In this document: positions 38,532-52,355 of the stretch, one piece after another
How positions within the stretch are numbered: the stretch's first letter is position 1
Layout of the letters: every line of letters starts with the position of its first letter
Source: Octopus sinensis
Lineage: Eukaryota
Direction: 5' to 3'
Assembly (NCBI RefSeq): GCF_006345805.1
Contig: NW_021833641.1
Coordinates: 2,574 to 66,573, forward strand
DNA length: 64,000 nt
Notes under the pieces: generated by a model
Seen by the model: only the letters and a program-made list of their open reading frames with translations
What the model was told of the DNA's origin: nothing
Databases searched by the model: none
Position numbers and translations under genes: made by a program

Positions 38532-39415
38532 AAAAAGAGGCCGAGGAAGGGCGAATGGCACCGTGAGTGTCGCGTTGCTCTCAAGCAACTCTACCGTCCT
38601 GGGTCAACCTTGAGTGACTCCATCATGACCAAAGCATTCTATAGGGGATTAGTGGAGGGGAGGTACGACGACGAGCTCGGGGCGAACCTGGACGTCGACG
38701 AGGAATACCTGACCCGCCTGTTCGGGACGACTTTCGGGCCAGGGCCCATGGATAACGGGAAGGAAGAGCTATTTTCATCGTCCCTGTGGCTATGGCGAAA
38801 GAATGTATCTGGTGGACGCGTCAGAGAGGATTGGAGACAAACACTTTCCTCTCTAGTCAACCTCTCATCAACTTCTTCAAGTACCATTTGAAAAGGAAAG
38901 TGAGAGTAGAGAGGCAAGTTTTGTCTAGCGAATGTTTTAAAAAAAGATGGGTGAATGTAGCAAGGATGGTACGTATGAATGACGACGCCACCTTGAGCAT
39001 AATCCTATGAACCCAGAAATTGAAAACAGAGGGTTACCCACTTGCAAACAAATGTGGTAACATATAACAATATTGACCAAGGTTACCGTGGTCTTTTTCG
39101 TAGGCCTTTCTTCCCACGAATAAACCTTACTTGCTTTCCCCTTTACAACATACATCATGACACTGTGATACACGATCCCTATTGATCGTTTTTTTTCCTC
39201 TTCCCCTTTTTTCCCCTCTTTTTTCTTCTTTTTTCATTTTTCTTTTCTTTTTTTGTTTTTTGTTCCGTTTTAGTAACAATCCCTTTTGTTCGAAAACCTA
39301 CGCCACCTTGTTTGTTTCTTTTGTTTTGTTTTTTTCTTTTTTCATCCCCTAAAGAAAAGCTCATACTTGTAACTTGTCCCATCTGTGTGCACCCTGTGTG
39401 GCCAATAAAGAAACT
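38532..39415 (+). mobile_element. Tx1/L1-clade LINE 3' end, internally deleted, with T-rich 3' UTR and AATAAA, inside (TATC)n
   Basis: TKAFYRGLVEGRYDDELGANLDVDEE..RLFGTTFGPGPMDN and AMAKECIWWTR..LINFFKYHLKRKVRVER..RWVNVARMV; AATAAA at 39404-39409. Confidence 0.75.
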
Positions 39416-39453
39416 TATCTTCTATCTATCTATCTCATCTATCTATCTATCTA

Positions 39454-39487
<34 letters not shown>

Positions 39488-39612
39488 CTCTATCTATCTA
39501 TCTATCTATCTATCTACCTATCTATTATCATCTATCTAACTATTATCATATATATATATGGTATACATATACATAATATACATATACATATATATACAAA
39601 TATATATAATAC

Positions 39613-39693
<81 letters not shown>

Positions 39694-40040
39694 ATAATAC
39701 TATATCAATACAGAAACGGACTCAAAGAATGAAAATACGCAGGCCGGGCCAACACACACACATATCTATATATGTATCAATATGACGTACTAAAGTACAT
39801 CTAGGTGAATATATAATTTATATACTAATTCATATTTATTGTTCGTCATAGTTATATATCACTTTCAACACACATAGTCATTGACAATATAAACACTCGC
39901 ACATGTAGGAGTTTATGTACGAATGTATATTCCTGCAATGATAAATATACTGTTGGATATAAATCATTATTTGCCCATATCACTCCTTCGCACGTCCAGC
40001 CTTCGTATTGCTGTCGTTTTTTGCCCTCTCCCTAGTGTGG

Positions 40041-40100
<60 letters not shown>

Positions 40101-40224
40101 TAGATAGATAGATAGATAGATAGACATAGATAGAGATATATATGTATATATATGTATATATTACACATACATATATGCGTGTATGTGTATACATTCTGTA
40201 TATATATATATATTCTAAATATAT

Positions 40225-40264
<40 letters not shown>

Positions 40265-40478
40265 CACACATGTATATTATGATACATATTATTGTAAATA
40301 TATATGTATATATATACATATATATATTTATAAATATCTGGCTATATCCCTCTCTCTCTTTCTCTCTTTGTGCCTCACTAAATAAATATCTATCTATTTA
40401 TCTTTGTATGTATGTATATTTTATGTATATCTCCTTATACACACAGCCATATATATATACACACACACACACACATAT

Positions 40479-40513
<35 letters not shown>

Positions 40514-40613
40514 CGTTTGTGTGTGTGAGTATATGTATATAGATATATACATTCTGTATATCTGGGTATGAATATATATATATGTCTGTACATTAGTATA
40601 TGTATGTATGTAT

Positions 40614-40647
<34 letters not shown>

Positions 40648-40873
40648 TTATATATATATATATATACATATGCATAAATATGCGTATATATTTTATGTGC
40701 GTTATTACGATGTACATTTGATAATAAAACATGATTTCAAGTAGACAGTTGCTTTGATTTAAGGGGAGACAGATCAGAATGTACTACTCCACATTTACAC
40801 ACACATAACCACACACATCTGCACCTACATATACTCACGCATGTATACACAAACACCTCTCACTCTCTCTCTG

Positions 40874-40911
<38 letters not shown>

Positions 40912-41190
40912 CATAGTAACAGCGAGGGACGAATTTCGATTATCCCCACGTTGTGAGTTATAATATATATAAGAAATATATATATATTGTAATATATATA
41001 AGAAATTAAAGAAGGAAAGTGCACACAATTTACATAGCCTCGAGCGTGTGTGTCGATCTGGTAGACGGAAACTGAAAGAAGCGCTTGTGTATATTCATGT
41101 GTATATAATTTTTACTTGTGCGATTTTTGACTACCCTGGTAACTATTTATCTATTTTTTCCGTGTTAAGAAGGGAAAATACACACAACTT

Positions 41191-41229
<39 letters not shown>

Positions 41230-41335
41230 AGATATATAATTTTTTCTAGTTTCAGCTCAGAGCTGCGGCCATGCTGATGCATCGCCGTTTTGTGCTAGAC
41301 TGTTATTACGACGAACCTCGTCTAATATGTGGCAC

Positions 41336-41578
41336 TTAGTGAAGAATGGAGTTTGATATAGCTACTCTCATTTGCACCTCTTGCCGTGAGGTAGGTTCAA
41401 CTGGGACTCTCGACAGGAAGATGTCCAGCTTTGATTTAAAAACCGCTACATCTACTTTGTGCAAGTTCCTCAGACTCTTGGGAGAATATTGAAAAGCTGT
41501 CAGCCTTTGAAACCCAGGCTGTTGCAGAAGCTGGTTCTGAAGCGTGATGGCATTGACAGGATCTTTGGCACTATGCAG
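41336..41578 (-). mobile_element. CR1/L2-group LINE 3' ORF end
   Basis: PKSLRNLHKVDVAVFKSKLDIFLSRVPVEPT..SNSILH resembles LPxxLRxxxxxxxFKxxLDxFLxxVPDxP. Confidence 0.7.
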
Positions 41579-41643
41579 TAGTATATATTTATAGAGTGAG
41601 ATAGATAGATAGACAAATATAGATATGTATATATTTATATGTA

Positions 41644-41877
41644 CAGTAAACCCCACCATATTGTGGGTGACATATCGCGGTTCACTTATCGCGGTTTATT
41701 ATTTAAGCTTCCATCCAATCCTCCGTGGGGTTGTTTTGCATTTATAATAAAATAAATATGTACAAATTATAAAAATATCACAAAAAATACACAGCACAAT
41801 ACTGTTTCTACTTCGCGGATTTTCATCTATCGCGGGATTTTTGGAATGTAACGCCCGCGATAGACGAGGGTTTAGTG
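41644..41877. mobile_element. Tigger/pogo-type MITE
   Basis: TA|CAGTAAACCCCACCATATTGTGGG ... CCCGCGATAGACGAGGGTTTAGTG|TA, with internal TATCGCGG repeats. Confidence 0.75.
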
Positions 41878-41899
41878 TATATATTTATGTATATTTATG

Positions 41900-42110
41900 T
41901 ATATATTTATGTTTGTCCCCCGTCATCATTTGACAACTGATGCTGAGGCATTTATTTCCTGGTCATCTAGTGGTTCGGCAAAAGTAACCGATAGAATATT
42001 TGGCCTACGAATATTTCGCCTACGAAAAATAAGTCCTGCGGTCGAGTTCTTCGACTAAAACTCTTTGAGGCTGTGCTCCAGCATCGTCGCACTGAAACAG
42101 AAGAACAACC
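41900..42110 (+). mobile_element. SINE family 3, 3' half, diverged
   Basis: Family consensus blocks. Confidence 0.6.
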
Positions 42111-42390
42111 ATAAAACAGAGGGAGAAGAAGGAACGAAGAAAGGAAGAAAGGAAGGAAGGAAGGAAGAAAGGAAGAAAGAAGGAAGGAAGAGGGGGATAG
42201 AAAGCATGGAACTTCGTGGCTGTGAATTTCATCGGGAAACGTTAACTTAGTGACGAACGACGCAAGGAAATCTCGTTTTCGAATAAATGGATAATATTAA
42301 CGATCATATATGGCGTCTACAGGTGCATACACGGTATGTGCGTGCGTGTGTGTTATAGTGTGTGTGTGTGTGTGTGTGTTTGTGTGTGTC

Positions 42391-42888
42391 TGCTGTACTC
42401 TTTCACCACAACTTTCTCTCACTCTTACTTCCTGTTTCTGTTGTACTGTATTTCAAAGGGCCGGCCTTGTCACTCTCTGTGTCACGCTGAATATCCCCGA
42501 GAACTACGTTAAGGGTGCACGTGTCTGTGGAATTACGTCTCAGCCACTTGCACGTTAATTTCACGAGCAGGCTGTTCCGTTGATTCGGATCAACCGGAAC
42601 CCTCGTCATCGTAACCGATGGAGTGCTCCTGCAGGGGATGGTGGTGATCCCTGCTGTACTCTTTCACCACAACTTTCTCTCACTCTTACTTCCTGTTTCT
42701 GTCGTACCTGTATTTCAAAGGGCCGGCCTTGTCACTCTCTGTGTCACGCTGAATATCCTCGAGAACTACGTTAAGGGTACATGTGTCTGTAGAGTGCTCA
42801 GCAACTTGCACGTTAATCTCACGAGCAGGCTGTTCCGTTGATTCGGATCAACCGGAACCCTCATCGTCGTAACCGACGGAGTGCTTCC
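42391..42888 (+). mobile_element. Two tandem 5'-truncated SINE copies (3' domain possibly Ceph-SINE-like)
   Basis: Units start at about 42391 and 42652; CACTTGCACGTTAAT.TCACGAGCAGGCTGTTCCGTTGATTCGGATC. Confidence 0.7.
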
Positions 42889-43139
42889 ACATGTGTGTGG
42901 TGTGTAATGGAGTCATGTTCATGTCTTGCACTCAATTTACAAAATAGGATGTTAGACAGTCATCCCGTTCTTTGTTTTTCTCTCTCTATCTATATATCTA
43001 CCTGTATGTCTATCTATCTATCCATATGCTGCATTTGTGTATACGCGCATACACACACATGTACAGACACACACACATATATATATATATACAACAATAT
43101 ATACATACAAATATATACACATATGCACACACATATATT

Positions 43140-43173
<34 letters not shown>

Positions 43174-43357
43174 AAGAGAGAGAGAAAGAGAAAGATGTAT
43201 ATATATACACATACATTCATATATACATATATACATATATTCATACATATATTATGTACATATATATGCATATATGTATACATACATATATTATATCACA
43301 CACATATATATATATATTATATATATATTGTTATATATATATAAATATATATATATA

Positions 43358-43418
<61 letters not shown>

Positions 43419-43439
43419 TTGATAATTAGATAGATAGAT

Positions 43440-43495
<56 letters not shown>

Positions 43496-44269
43496 CTTTT
43501 TTTTAAGCAGCAGAAACATCAATTCAATAAAGCATATTACTCTACCACTGGTATTTAGAGTACTCTTTTTTCCACCTTGTTTCACATTTATGTGTTTACT
43601 CCGTATGATATATATATATATATATATATATACAATATCTTATTTTTCATGTATAGATTGCACATAGTCACCTCTAGCTATCTAGTTGTCTGTCTGTGGT
43701 ACAACTTGTCTCTTTCTCTCTCCCTATCTTTCTCTGTCTCTGAGTCTCTTTCTTCACACACACACACACCACACACACACACACAACACACACACATATT
43801 TACAATTCCATATTGATTTCTTCCCTACTGTTGTCATACAGATAACTTCCTATTTTACACAAACTTAATGTCATCCTATTGTATATCGTCGATATCAATA
43901 TCTCATCCAGTTGCATTGATATCGATTCTATCAAGGAAAAATCGATATTGACAAATCTCCAAAGGTTGGTATCGATCTGGGACCACCCCTCGCTTTCGAT
44001 CTCTGGATCCATACATCTCATAGAATTTATCACTCAAAGGACATCTCTAACTTTCCATGTCTATCTTCCCAGCTATTGTCTTCTTCCCTATCGATAAATG
44101 CTTAAATAACTGTCTCTTACGCCCCCTGTCGATACATACATACATACATACATACATACATAGATACATACATACATACATACATACATACATACATACA
44201 TACATAAATACATACATACATACATACATAAATATATACATGCATACATACATATATATATATATACAT

Positions 44270-44535
44270 ATCGGAGTAAGCACAAAAATGCGAAACAAGG
44301 TTGAAAAAATAGTACTTGAATACCAGAGTAATATGCTTTATTAAAAAGCAGCAGAAATATCACAAAAATTGTTAATTCACGTTCCTGCTCGTCGGACAGT
44401 TTTATTTAGAATAGAACAGATATAAGGTTGGTATGAGTTTATTTCTGTTCCCTTCTAAACAAAACTGGGAACGAATGGGAACGTGAAACTCTGAGTAACA
44501 GCTTTTGTCATATTTCTGCTGCTGTTTAACAAAGT
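44270..44535. mobile_element. Inverted pair of hammerhead family C elements
   Basis: Minus strand ACTGT-CCGACGA-GCAGGAACGT-GAA at 44373-44400; plus strand degenerate motif ..GGGAACGT-GAAAC-TCTGA-GTA-ACAG at 44464-44501. A 3' part of the same family is at 43500-43590. Confidence 0.6.
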
Positions 44536-44777
44536 ATATATATATATATATATATATGTGTTGTGTGTGTGTGTGTGTGTGTGTTCTGTGTATATAAATA
44601 TATGTATACATATATACATACACACATATATATGGATGTATATAATATATATATATATATATATACAGAAATATATATATATATATATTATATATATGTA
44701 TGTACACTTTTTTCTTTCCTTTTGTTTCTCTCCTTTTTTCTCTTTCCTTGTTTCTCTCCTTGTTTCTTTTCTGTGTA

Positions 44778-44815
44778 TCTTTCTGTCGAAGAGCGTAGGC
44801 TCGAAATGTAAAAGA
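44778..44815 (+). ncRNA. Minimal hammerhead-like motif, family B, within element 44700-44915
   Basis: Stem I TCTTT/AAAGA; CTGTCGA (A6>T); GAGC(GTAG)GCTC; GAAA-TGT-A. Confidence 0.45.
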
Positions 44816-44912
44816 CTTTTTCTATTTCTATTCCTGAGCGCTATACTAATACATTTGTTTGTTTGTACTCCACCTACCTTCGTCTTTTGTTTATTTTCGT
44901 AAACTTTCCCGT

Positions 44913-44943
<31 letters not shown>

Positions 44944-45942
44944 CTTTTGCCAAGGCGCTGCTGCAGTATGGCCGGAGTCCAATCACTGAAAAATGTAAAT
45001 GTATATCAAGGATGCTTATGATGAAATTAACGAAATAACATGATTATAGCAATGGCGATGTGTGCGATGACGATAAAATATGCTGTTTAGGGTTTTGATA
45101 CTGGAGCTGATGATGATATTGGCGGTGTTGGGGTGGCGGTGGTGTTTGTATGGTCATCGATGGTGATGATGACGATGATGATGATGATCATCATCATCAT
45201 GCCGAAAATAAAGATGGTGATGATGATGATGATGACGATGATGACGACGATGATGATGATAATGATGATGATGATAATGATGATGGCGATGATGATGATG
45301 TCGATGATGATGGTGATGATGACGATGATGTCGAGGATGATGATGATAATGATGATGATGATAATGATGATGGTGATGATGATGAAGATGATGATGATGA
45401 TGGTGATGATAATGATGATGATGATAATGATGATGATGATAATGATGATGGTGATGATGATGATGTCGATGATGAGGGTGATGATGACGATGATGTCGAC
45501 GATGATGATGATGATGATAATGATGATGATAATGATGATGATGATGATGAAGATGATGATGATGATGGTGATGGTAATGATGATGATGATAATGATGATG
45601 ATGATAATGATGATGGTGATGATGATGATGTCGATGATGATGGTGATGATGACGATGATGATAATGATGATGGTAATTATGATAATGACGATGATGATTG
45701 TGATGATGATGATTTAAAGTGTAATCAGCAATGTGATTAAAAGTTTTATTAATTTACCGTAATAATTGAGGATTATAATCAGGTTATTGGCTACAGTGGA
45801 GGGTGGTGGGGGTGGTGGTAACGACGATGATGATGATGATGGGGTTGGGGAGGGGAAGGAGGAAGAGAAATAGGAGGAGGAGGAGGAAGCCAACGCTGCT
45901 GCTGCTACACTTGAGGATTATGATGCTTGCGTTGAACAATAA

Positions 45943-45980
<38 letters not shown>

Positions 45981-46068
45981 GTGATGATAATGATGACGGT
46001 GATGAAGATGATGCTGTTGATGATGATGATGATGATGTTGATGATGATGATGGTGATGATAATGCTGT

Positions 46069-46106
<38 letters not shown>

Positions 46107-46547
46107 GTGATGATGATGGCAACGGCAACAACGACTACGACGTCGATGATGATGAAGATGAGGATGATGATGAACAGGTGAAGGTGGTGGAACCTAATAC
46201 TGCAGCAGCAACTGGTGATGATGATGATGATCGTGTTGAATAATAATGATGATGATGATGATGATGATGATGATAAAAGCATGTGTTGGCATTGATGTTG
46301 CCGTTGATGATGGATATGATGCTGATGGTGAAGATGGTGATGATGATGATAATGATGATGAAGAGGATGATGATGCTGATGATGATGATGATGATGATGA
46401 AGAAGAAGAAGATGAAGATAGTGATGACGATGATGATATTGACAATGATGATGACGAAGATAATGATGATGATAATATTGATGATGATGATAATCAAAAT
46501 GACGATAATGATGATGATGATGGTGAAGAATGATGATGATAATGATG

Positions 46548-46579
<32 letters not shown>

Positions 46580-47139
46580 GATGATGATGATGATCAAAAT
46601 GATGATAATGATGATGATGATGGTGAAGAATGATGATGATAATGATGATGATGATGATGATAATGCTGATGGTGATAATGATGATCAAAATGATGATGAT
46701 GATGATGTTGAAGAATGATGATGATGAGAATGATGGGATGATAATTGTGATGATAATGTTAATGACAATGATGATGTTAGTGATGACCGGTGTTGATGAT
46801 GAAGCTGCTGAAGTTTATGATTATGATTATGATAATGATGATGATAACGATGAAGATGATGACGGCGATGATGGTGATGTCGATGATGATGACGATGTTG
46901 ATGATGACGATGACAATGAATACGATGATGATGATGATGATGGCGGTGATGAGAATTGTGACGATATGTATGATGGTGGCGATGACGGAGGTAACGATGA
47001 ATTTGATGACGGAGATGATGACTTCTGATGACTTCTGATGATGTTGATGATGATGATTATGAAGATGATGATGCTGATGATGACGATGATGATAAAGACG
47101 ATGAAAAGGATGATGATAACGGCGGTGATGATGTTGGTG

Positions 47140-47535
47140 ATTATAACGATGGTGATGATGTTGGTGATGATAACGATGGTGATGATGTTGGTGATGATAA
47201 CGATGGTGATGATGTTGATGATGATAACGATGGTGATGATGTTGGTGATGATAACGATGGTGATGATGTTGGTGATGATAACGATGGTGATGATGTTGAT
47301 GATGATAACGATGGTGATGATGTTGGTGATGATAACGATGGTGATGATGTTGGTGATGATAACGATGGTGATGATGTTGGTGATGATAACGATGGTGATG
47401 ATGTTGGTGATGATAACGATGGTGATGATGTTGGTGATGATAACGATGGTGATGATGTTGGTGATGATAACGATGGTGATGATGATGATGATGATGGTAA
47501 CGATGGTGATGATGTTGGTGATGATAACGATGGTG
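47140..47535 (+). repeat. 27-bp minisatellite, about 14 copies, derived from (GAT)n
   Basis: Unit GATGATGTTGGTGATGATAACGATGGT. Confidence 0.9.
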
Positions 47536-47764
47536 ATGATGACGCTGACGAAAATGGCGATGGTGATGTCATTTCTAAAGATTAAGGATTTAACGGAGAA
47601 AAATGATAATTTCTGAAATATTGGAATGGTATTTCTCTTGTCAGATTTTACTAATCACTTTGATGATTGCAGTGGCGGGGGTGGTGTGGGAGGGCAGGGT
47701 GGGTACGGTAGCAGTGATGATCACGATGATGATGATGATGATGATGGTGATTGTGATGGTGATA

Positions 47765-49160
47765 ATGCTTTTGGCGCCAGTGGGTGTGGTGCTGATCGCG
47801 ATGGTAGCAGACACCATCATGGACGGAGATGGTGGTGGTGTTGGTGGTGGTGTTGGTGGTGGTGTAGGTGGTCGGCAATTGTCTTGGTAGAGGTGGTCAC
47901 GGGTTAGTTGACGGTGATGTTGTTGTTGTATTTACTGGTGGTGGATTTTTGGTGGGGGTGGTGAATTTCTTAGTGGCGGGTGGGGGGTGAGGTTGGCCTT
48001 CATAGATGTGATGGTCATGGCTAGGCCGGTAGTGTGTTATTGCATAATGGTCGTGGTAGAGGTGATAGTGATGCATTTGGCGGCGATGGTGGTGGTGGGG
48101 TGGTGGTGGAGATGCTGTCGGTGGTGTCCTTTATTGTAGTCATAGTAACAGTGGTGATGGTTTGATGGTGCGGGTGGGTGGGGTTACGTTCGTATTGGCC
48201 GTTCTGCTCGTGGTGGTGGTGGTGGGTGACAGAGGTGTCCTTATTGAATCTCCCCCTCCTCCTCCCTCTCTTCTCCTCCCCTGCTGCTCCTCCGGCCCTC
48301 CTGCCCTCCTGTCCCTCCTGCCCTCCTGTCCCTCTTCCCCTTCTCCGAACTCCTTTCCTGCAATCCTCCTCCTCATCACACCGCTTCTCCCATCTCTTTC
48401 ATGAAATCATCTTCGATCTCATCTATCATCCTTATCATCCTCATCATCATCATTATCATCATCATCATCGTCATCCTTAACATCATCATCATTATCATCA
48501 TCATCATTGTAGCGGTTATAATGATGGTGTCTATTTTCGTATAGGTAGTGCTGCTTGTGGCGGTGATGGTGGTGATGGCATTAGTGGCGGTGATAGAAAT
48601 GACGGTGGTGGCGGTGGCGGCGGAGGTGGTGGTGGTGATGGTGGTGGTGTTGGTGGTGTTAGAAGATGTGGCGACAGTGGTAGTTTTGATAGTGGTGTGG
48701 TGTAGGTGGTGTGGTGTCGGTGATAGTGGCATCGATGGTGGTGGTAAAGATGGTAGCGGTGGTGACAATGTTGGCGGCGATGGTTGTGAGGGCGGGAGTG
48801 CAGGGGGGGGGGGGTGATTGTGGGATGCGGGTGGTGGGGGTGGCGGCGGTGGTAAGTATATTGGTGGCGGTGTTCATGGTTATTGTGTTGAAATTCTTAA
48901 TTGTTAGACGGGTGACGGAGGGGTGGCGACCAGTGATTGTGATGTTATGATTGATGGTGAGTGTGATGATGACGACGATGACGATGATGATGACCACCAG
49001 TAAATACAACAACTACATCAGCGTCAACTAAACCGTGACCACCTCTACCAAGACCATTGCCGACCACCTACACCACCACCAACAACACCACCACCATCAC
49101 CGTCCATGATGGGGTCTGCTACCATCGCTATCAGCACCACACCCACTGGCGCCAAAAGTA
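47765..49160. repeat. ~180-bp inverted repeat pair (47765-47945 and 48995-49160); third diverged copy near 52670-52830
   Basis: TTTGGCGCCAGTGGGTGTGGTGCTGAT..GGTAGCAGAC.CCATCATGGACGG and its reverse complement. Confidence 0.85.
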
Positions 49161-49302
49161 TGCTGCTGATGTTCGTGAGGACGACGACGATGATAATGAC
49201 GATGATTATCATGATGATTATGATGGTGATGGTATTGAAGATGACGATGATGACGTCGAATACGATGAGAAAGATAACGACGACGACGGCGATGATGATG
49301 AC

Positions 49303-49334
<32 letters not shown>

Positions 49335-49409
49335 CGACAACGAAGTTGATGATCGTGATGAAGATAATAGTTATTTCTACTTTTGAAAATTTTTTGGAGA
49401 AGGGGTTTA

Positions 49410-49570
49410 GTCTATTATATCGACTCCAGTGCGTAACTGGTACTTACTTCATCGACCCCGAAAGGATGAAAAACAAGGTCGACCACAGCGGAATTTTGAA
49501 CTCAGAACGGAACGGCAGACGAACGTGTCACTAAGCATTTCGCCGGTCGTGCTAACGACTCTGCCAGACG
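49410..49570 (-). mobile_element. SINE family 2, 3' truncated
   Basis: Family consensus blocks. Confidence 0.8.
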
Positions 49571-49803
49571 ATGTTAATGATGATGATGACGATGATGGTG
49601 ATGAGGATGATGATGATGACGATGGGGATGAGGATGATGATGATGATGATGATGAGGAGGAGGAGGAGGAGAAGGTGGAGGATGGTGATGATGATGAGGA
49701 GGATGTTGATGATGATGATGAGGATGGTGATGATGATGATGATGTAGATGATGATGATGATGAAGATGATGACGATGATGAGGATGATGATGACGATGAT
49801 GAC

Positions 49804-49858
<55 letters not shown>

Positions 49859-51208
49859 TTGATGATGATGATGAAGATGATGACGATGATGATGATGATG
49901 ATGATGATGTTGATGATGATGATGAAGGGGAGGAGGGGGAAGATGATGATGACAAACGGCGATTATGATGATACTGGTGGTGATGTTTTGACAGGTCAAT
50001 GACCATCTAAACACTTAGCAGGGTAAGGATTGCCAATTGTCATATGATGGTCATGTTCAAAATGATGATGATGATGATGATGGTGATGTTGATGGGGGTG
50101 GGTGCGGGCATTGGCTATTGATGGTATGGTACGATGGTATGCTGCTAGAGATAGCAGTCATAGTGATAAACTTGCTAATGGCGATAATGATGATGATGAT
50201 GATGATGGTGATAATTATGACCGAAGATAATTCATTACAGGATCCTTGCTGCTGCTACGTCTGCTGCTGCTCCTGAAGATGATGACAGTGGCGATAATCT
50301 CGTTGCTTATGTTGTTGTTGTTGTTGTTATCGTGCTGTTTGGGGTAATGGTGTGAGGGGGAAACACTTGTGGGAATGGGGTTGGATTTGGTAAAGGTGGG
50401 GGCGATGGCGGTGGTGATGATGGTGGTGGCGATGATGCTACTACTTAGGGTGGTGTTGGTGATGGTGGTGGTGATGCTGTTGTTGCTGATAGTGGTGACG
50501 ATGGCGGTGGTGGTGGTCGGGGTGTCCGTAATGTTGATGATGGGAACGGTGGCTGTGGTGATGGTAGCGCTCAAGGTGGAACTGCTTATGGTGTTGTTGG
50601 CGATGGTTGAGTTGGTAGTAATTAAGATGGTGGCGGTGGTAGTCCGGTAAGTGAAGGCGGTGGTATGGTGATCGTGACATTGGTGGTGGAGGTGGTGTTG
50701 GTTCTAATATTACCTTGTTTGCGATTGCAGTGGTAGGGACGATGTTGGTGGTGGTGGGGACTGAGGTGAGAGTGGTGGTGGTGGTAGTGGATGGTAGAGT
50801 GTGAAGCGTGTTAACACTTGAGCTGACATTATTGGACGCAGTGGAAGCTGGTGTTGCTGTTGCTGTTGTTGTTGTTGATAGTGATGATGATCTGGAAGAT
50901 GAGGATGATGTTAACGATGAAGACTACGATGAGGATAGTGATGATGAAGATGTTGATAGTGATGACGATGACGATGATGATGATGACGATGATGATGATA
51001 ATGATGCTGAAGTTGATTATAATCATGATGACGGTAATGGTGATGTTAGTGATGATGATGGTGATGATGATGATGATGATGATGATAATGATGATGATGA
51101 TGATGATGACGATGACGATGAAGAAGATCATAATGATGATGTTGGTAATGATGGTGGTGATGATGATGGTAATGACAATGATGATGATGATGATGGTGAT
51201 GATGATGT

Positions 51209-51240
<32 letters not shown>

Positions 51241-52232
51241 GTAATGATGATGGTGATGATGATGATGATGATGATGATGATTGTAATGATGATGGTGATG
51301 ATGATGAAGAAGAGGATGGCGACGATGTTGATGACGTAGGTGAAGAGGTCGATAAAGGCGTGAAAGACGAGGACTTCCAGGAGAGAGATGGGAGAGGAAG
51401 TGTGAGGAGAGGGAGAGAGAAAGAGAGTAAGAGTTAGAGCTAGGAGTAGCAAGGGGCAGGAGCAGGGGGCAAATGAGAGCTGCAAGAGGGGGAGGATAAG
51501 GATCATAAGAGTTTCAATAAATACGATGTCAAACATGATGGATGACGTTAACGCTAGAGGTGCTCAAGATAATTATTGAATGGGCTGGAGACGCGATGGT
51601 GGTGGTGGTGGCGCTGGTGGTGGCAGTGGTGGTAGCGCTGGTGGTAGTGGTGTGATGATGATGATGATGATGATGACGATGGTGGTGGTGGTGGTGGCGG
51701 TGGTGGTGATGGAGTTGATGATGATGGTACTGATGATGACAATGATGCTCATGTTAATACTGGTGTTGGTGGTGGTAGGGGAGGTGGTAGTTGAGATGAT
51801 GATGATGATGATGGTGAATGTGATGGTGGATGTGATGGTAATGATGATGATGATGATGACGATCATGGTGATGATACTGGTAGTGGTGAGGATGGTGGTG
51901 GTATGCTGATAAAGATGAGGAAGACAATAATGACGATGATTATGGTTATTATGACGATGATGACGATAATGACGATGATGATGATAATGGTGGTGATGAT
52001 GGCGATGATGATGATGATGATGAAGGAAGAGGAGGAGAAAGTGGAGTGCTGAGGGTGATCATATCTGCCGTGGTGTCGATCGTGTTGGTGAAGACGATGA
52101 TGATGACGGTGATCATACAGCTACTGCTGCTGATAGCGTGGTGTTCCTGCTGAAAATAATGACAATTATGCTGATGGTAATGGTGATGTTGATGATGATG
52201 ATGATGATGATGACGACGATGACGACGATGAC

Positions 52233-52264
<32 letters not shown>

Positions 52265-52314
52265 CGACGACGATGACGATGATGATGATGATGATGACGA
52301 CGACGATGACGATA

Positions 52315-52355
<41 letters not shown>

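Noticed and set aside
43800-44110. ORFs 43879-44097 (+) and 43800-44033 (-) as an exon
   Set aside because: No recognisable motif or convincing splice sites; left unclassified
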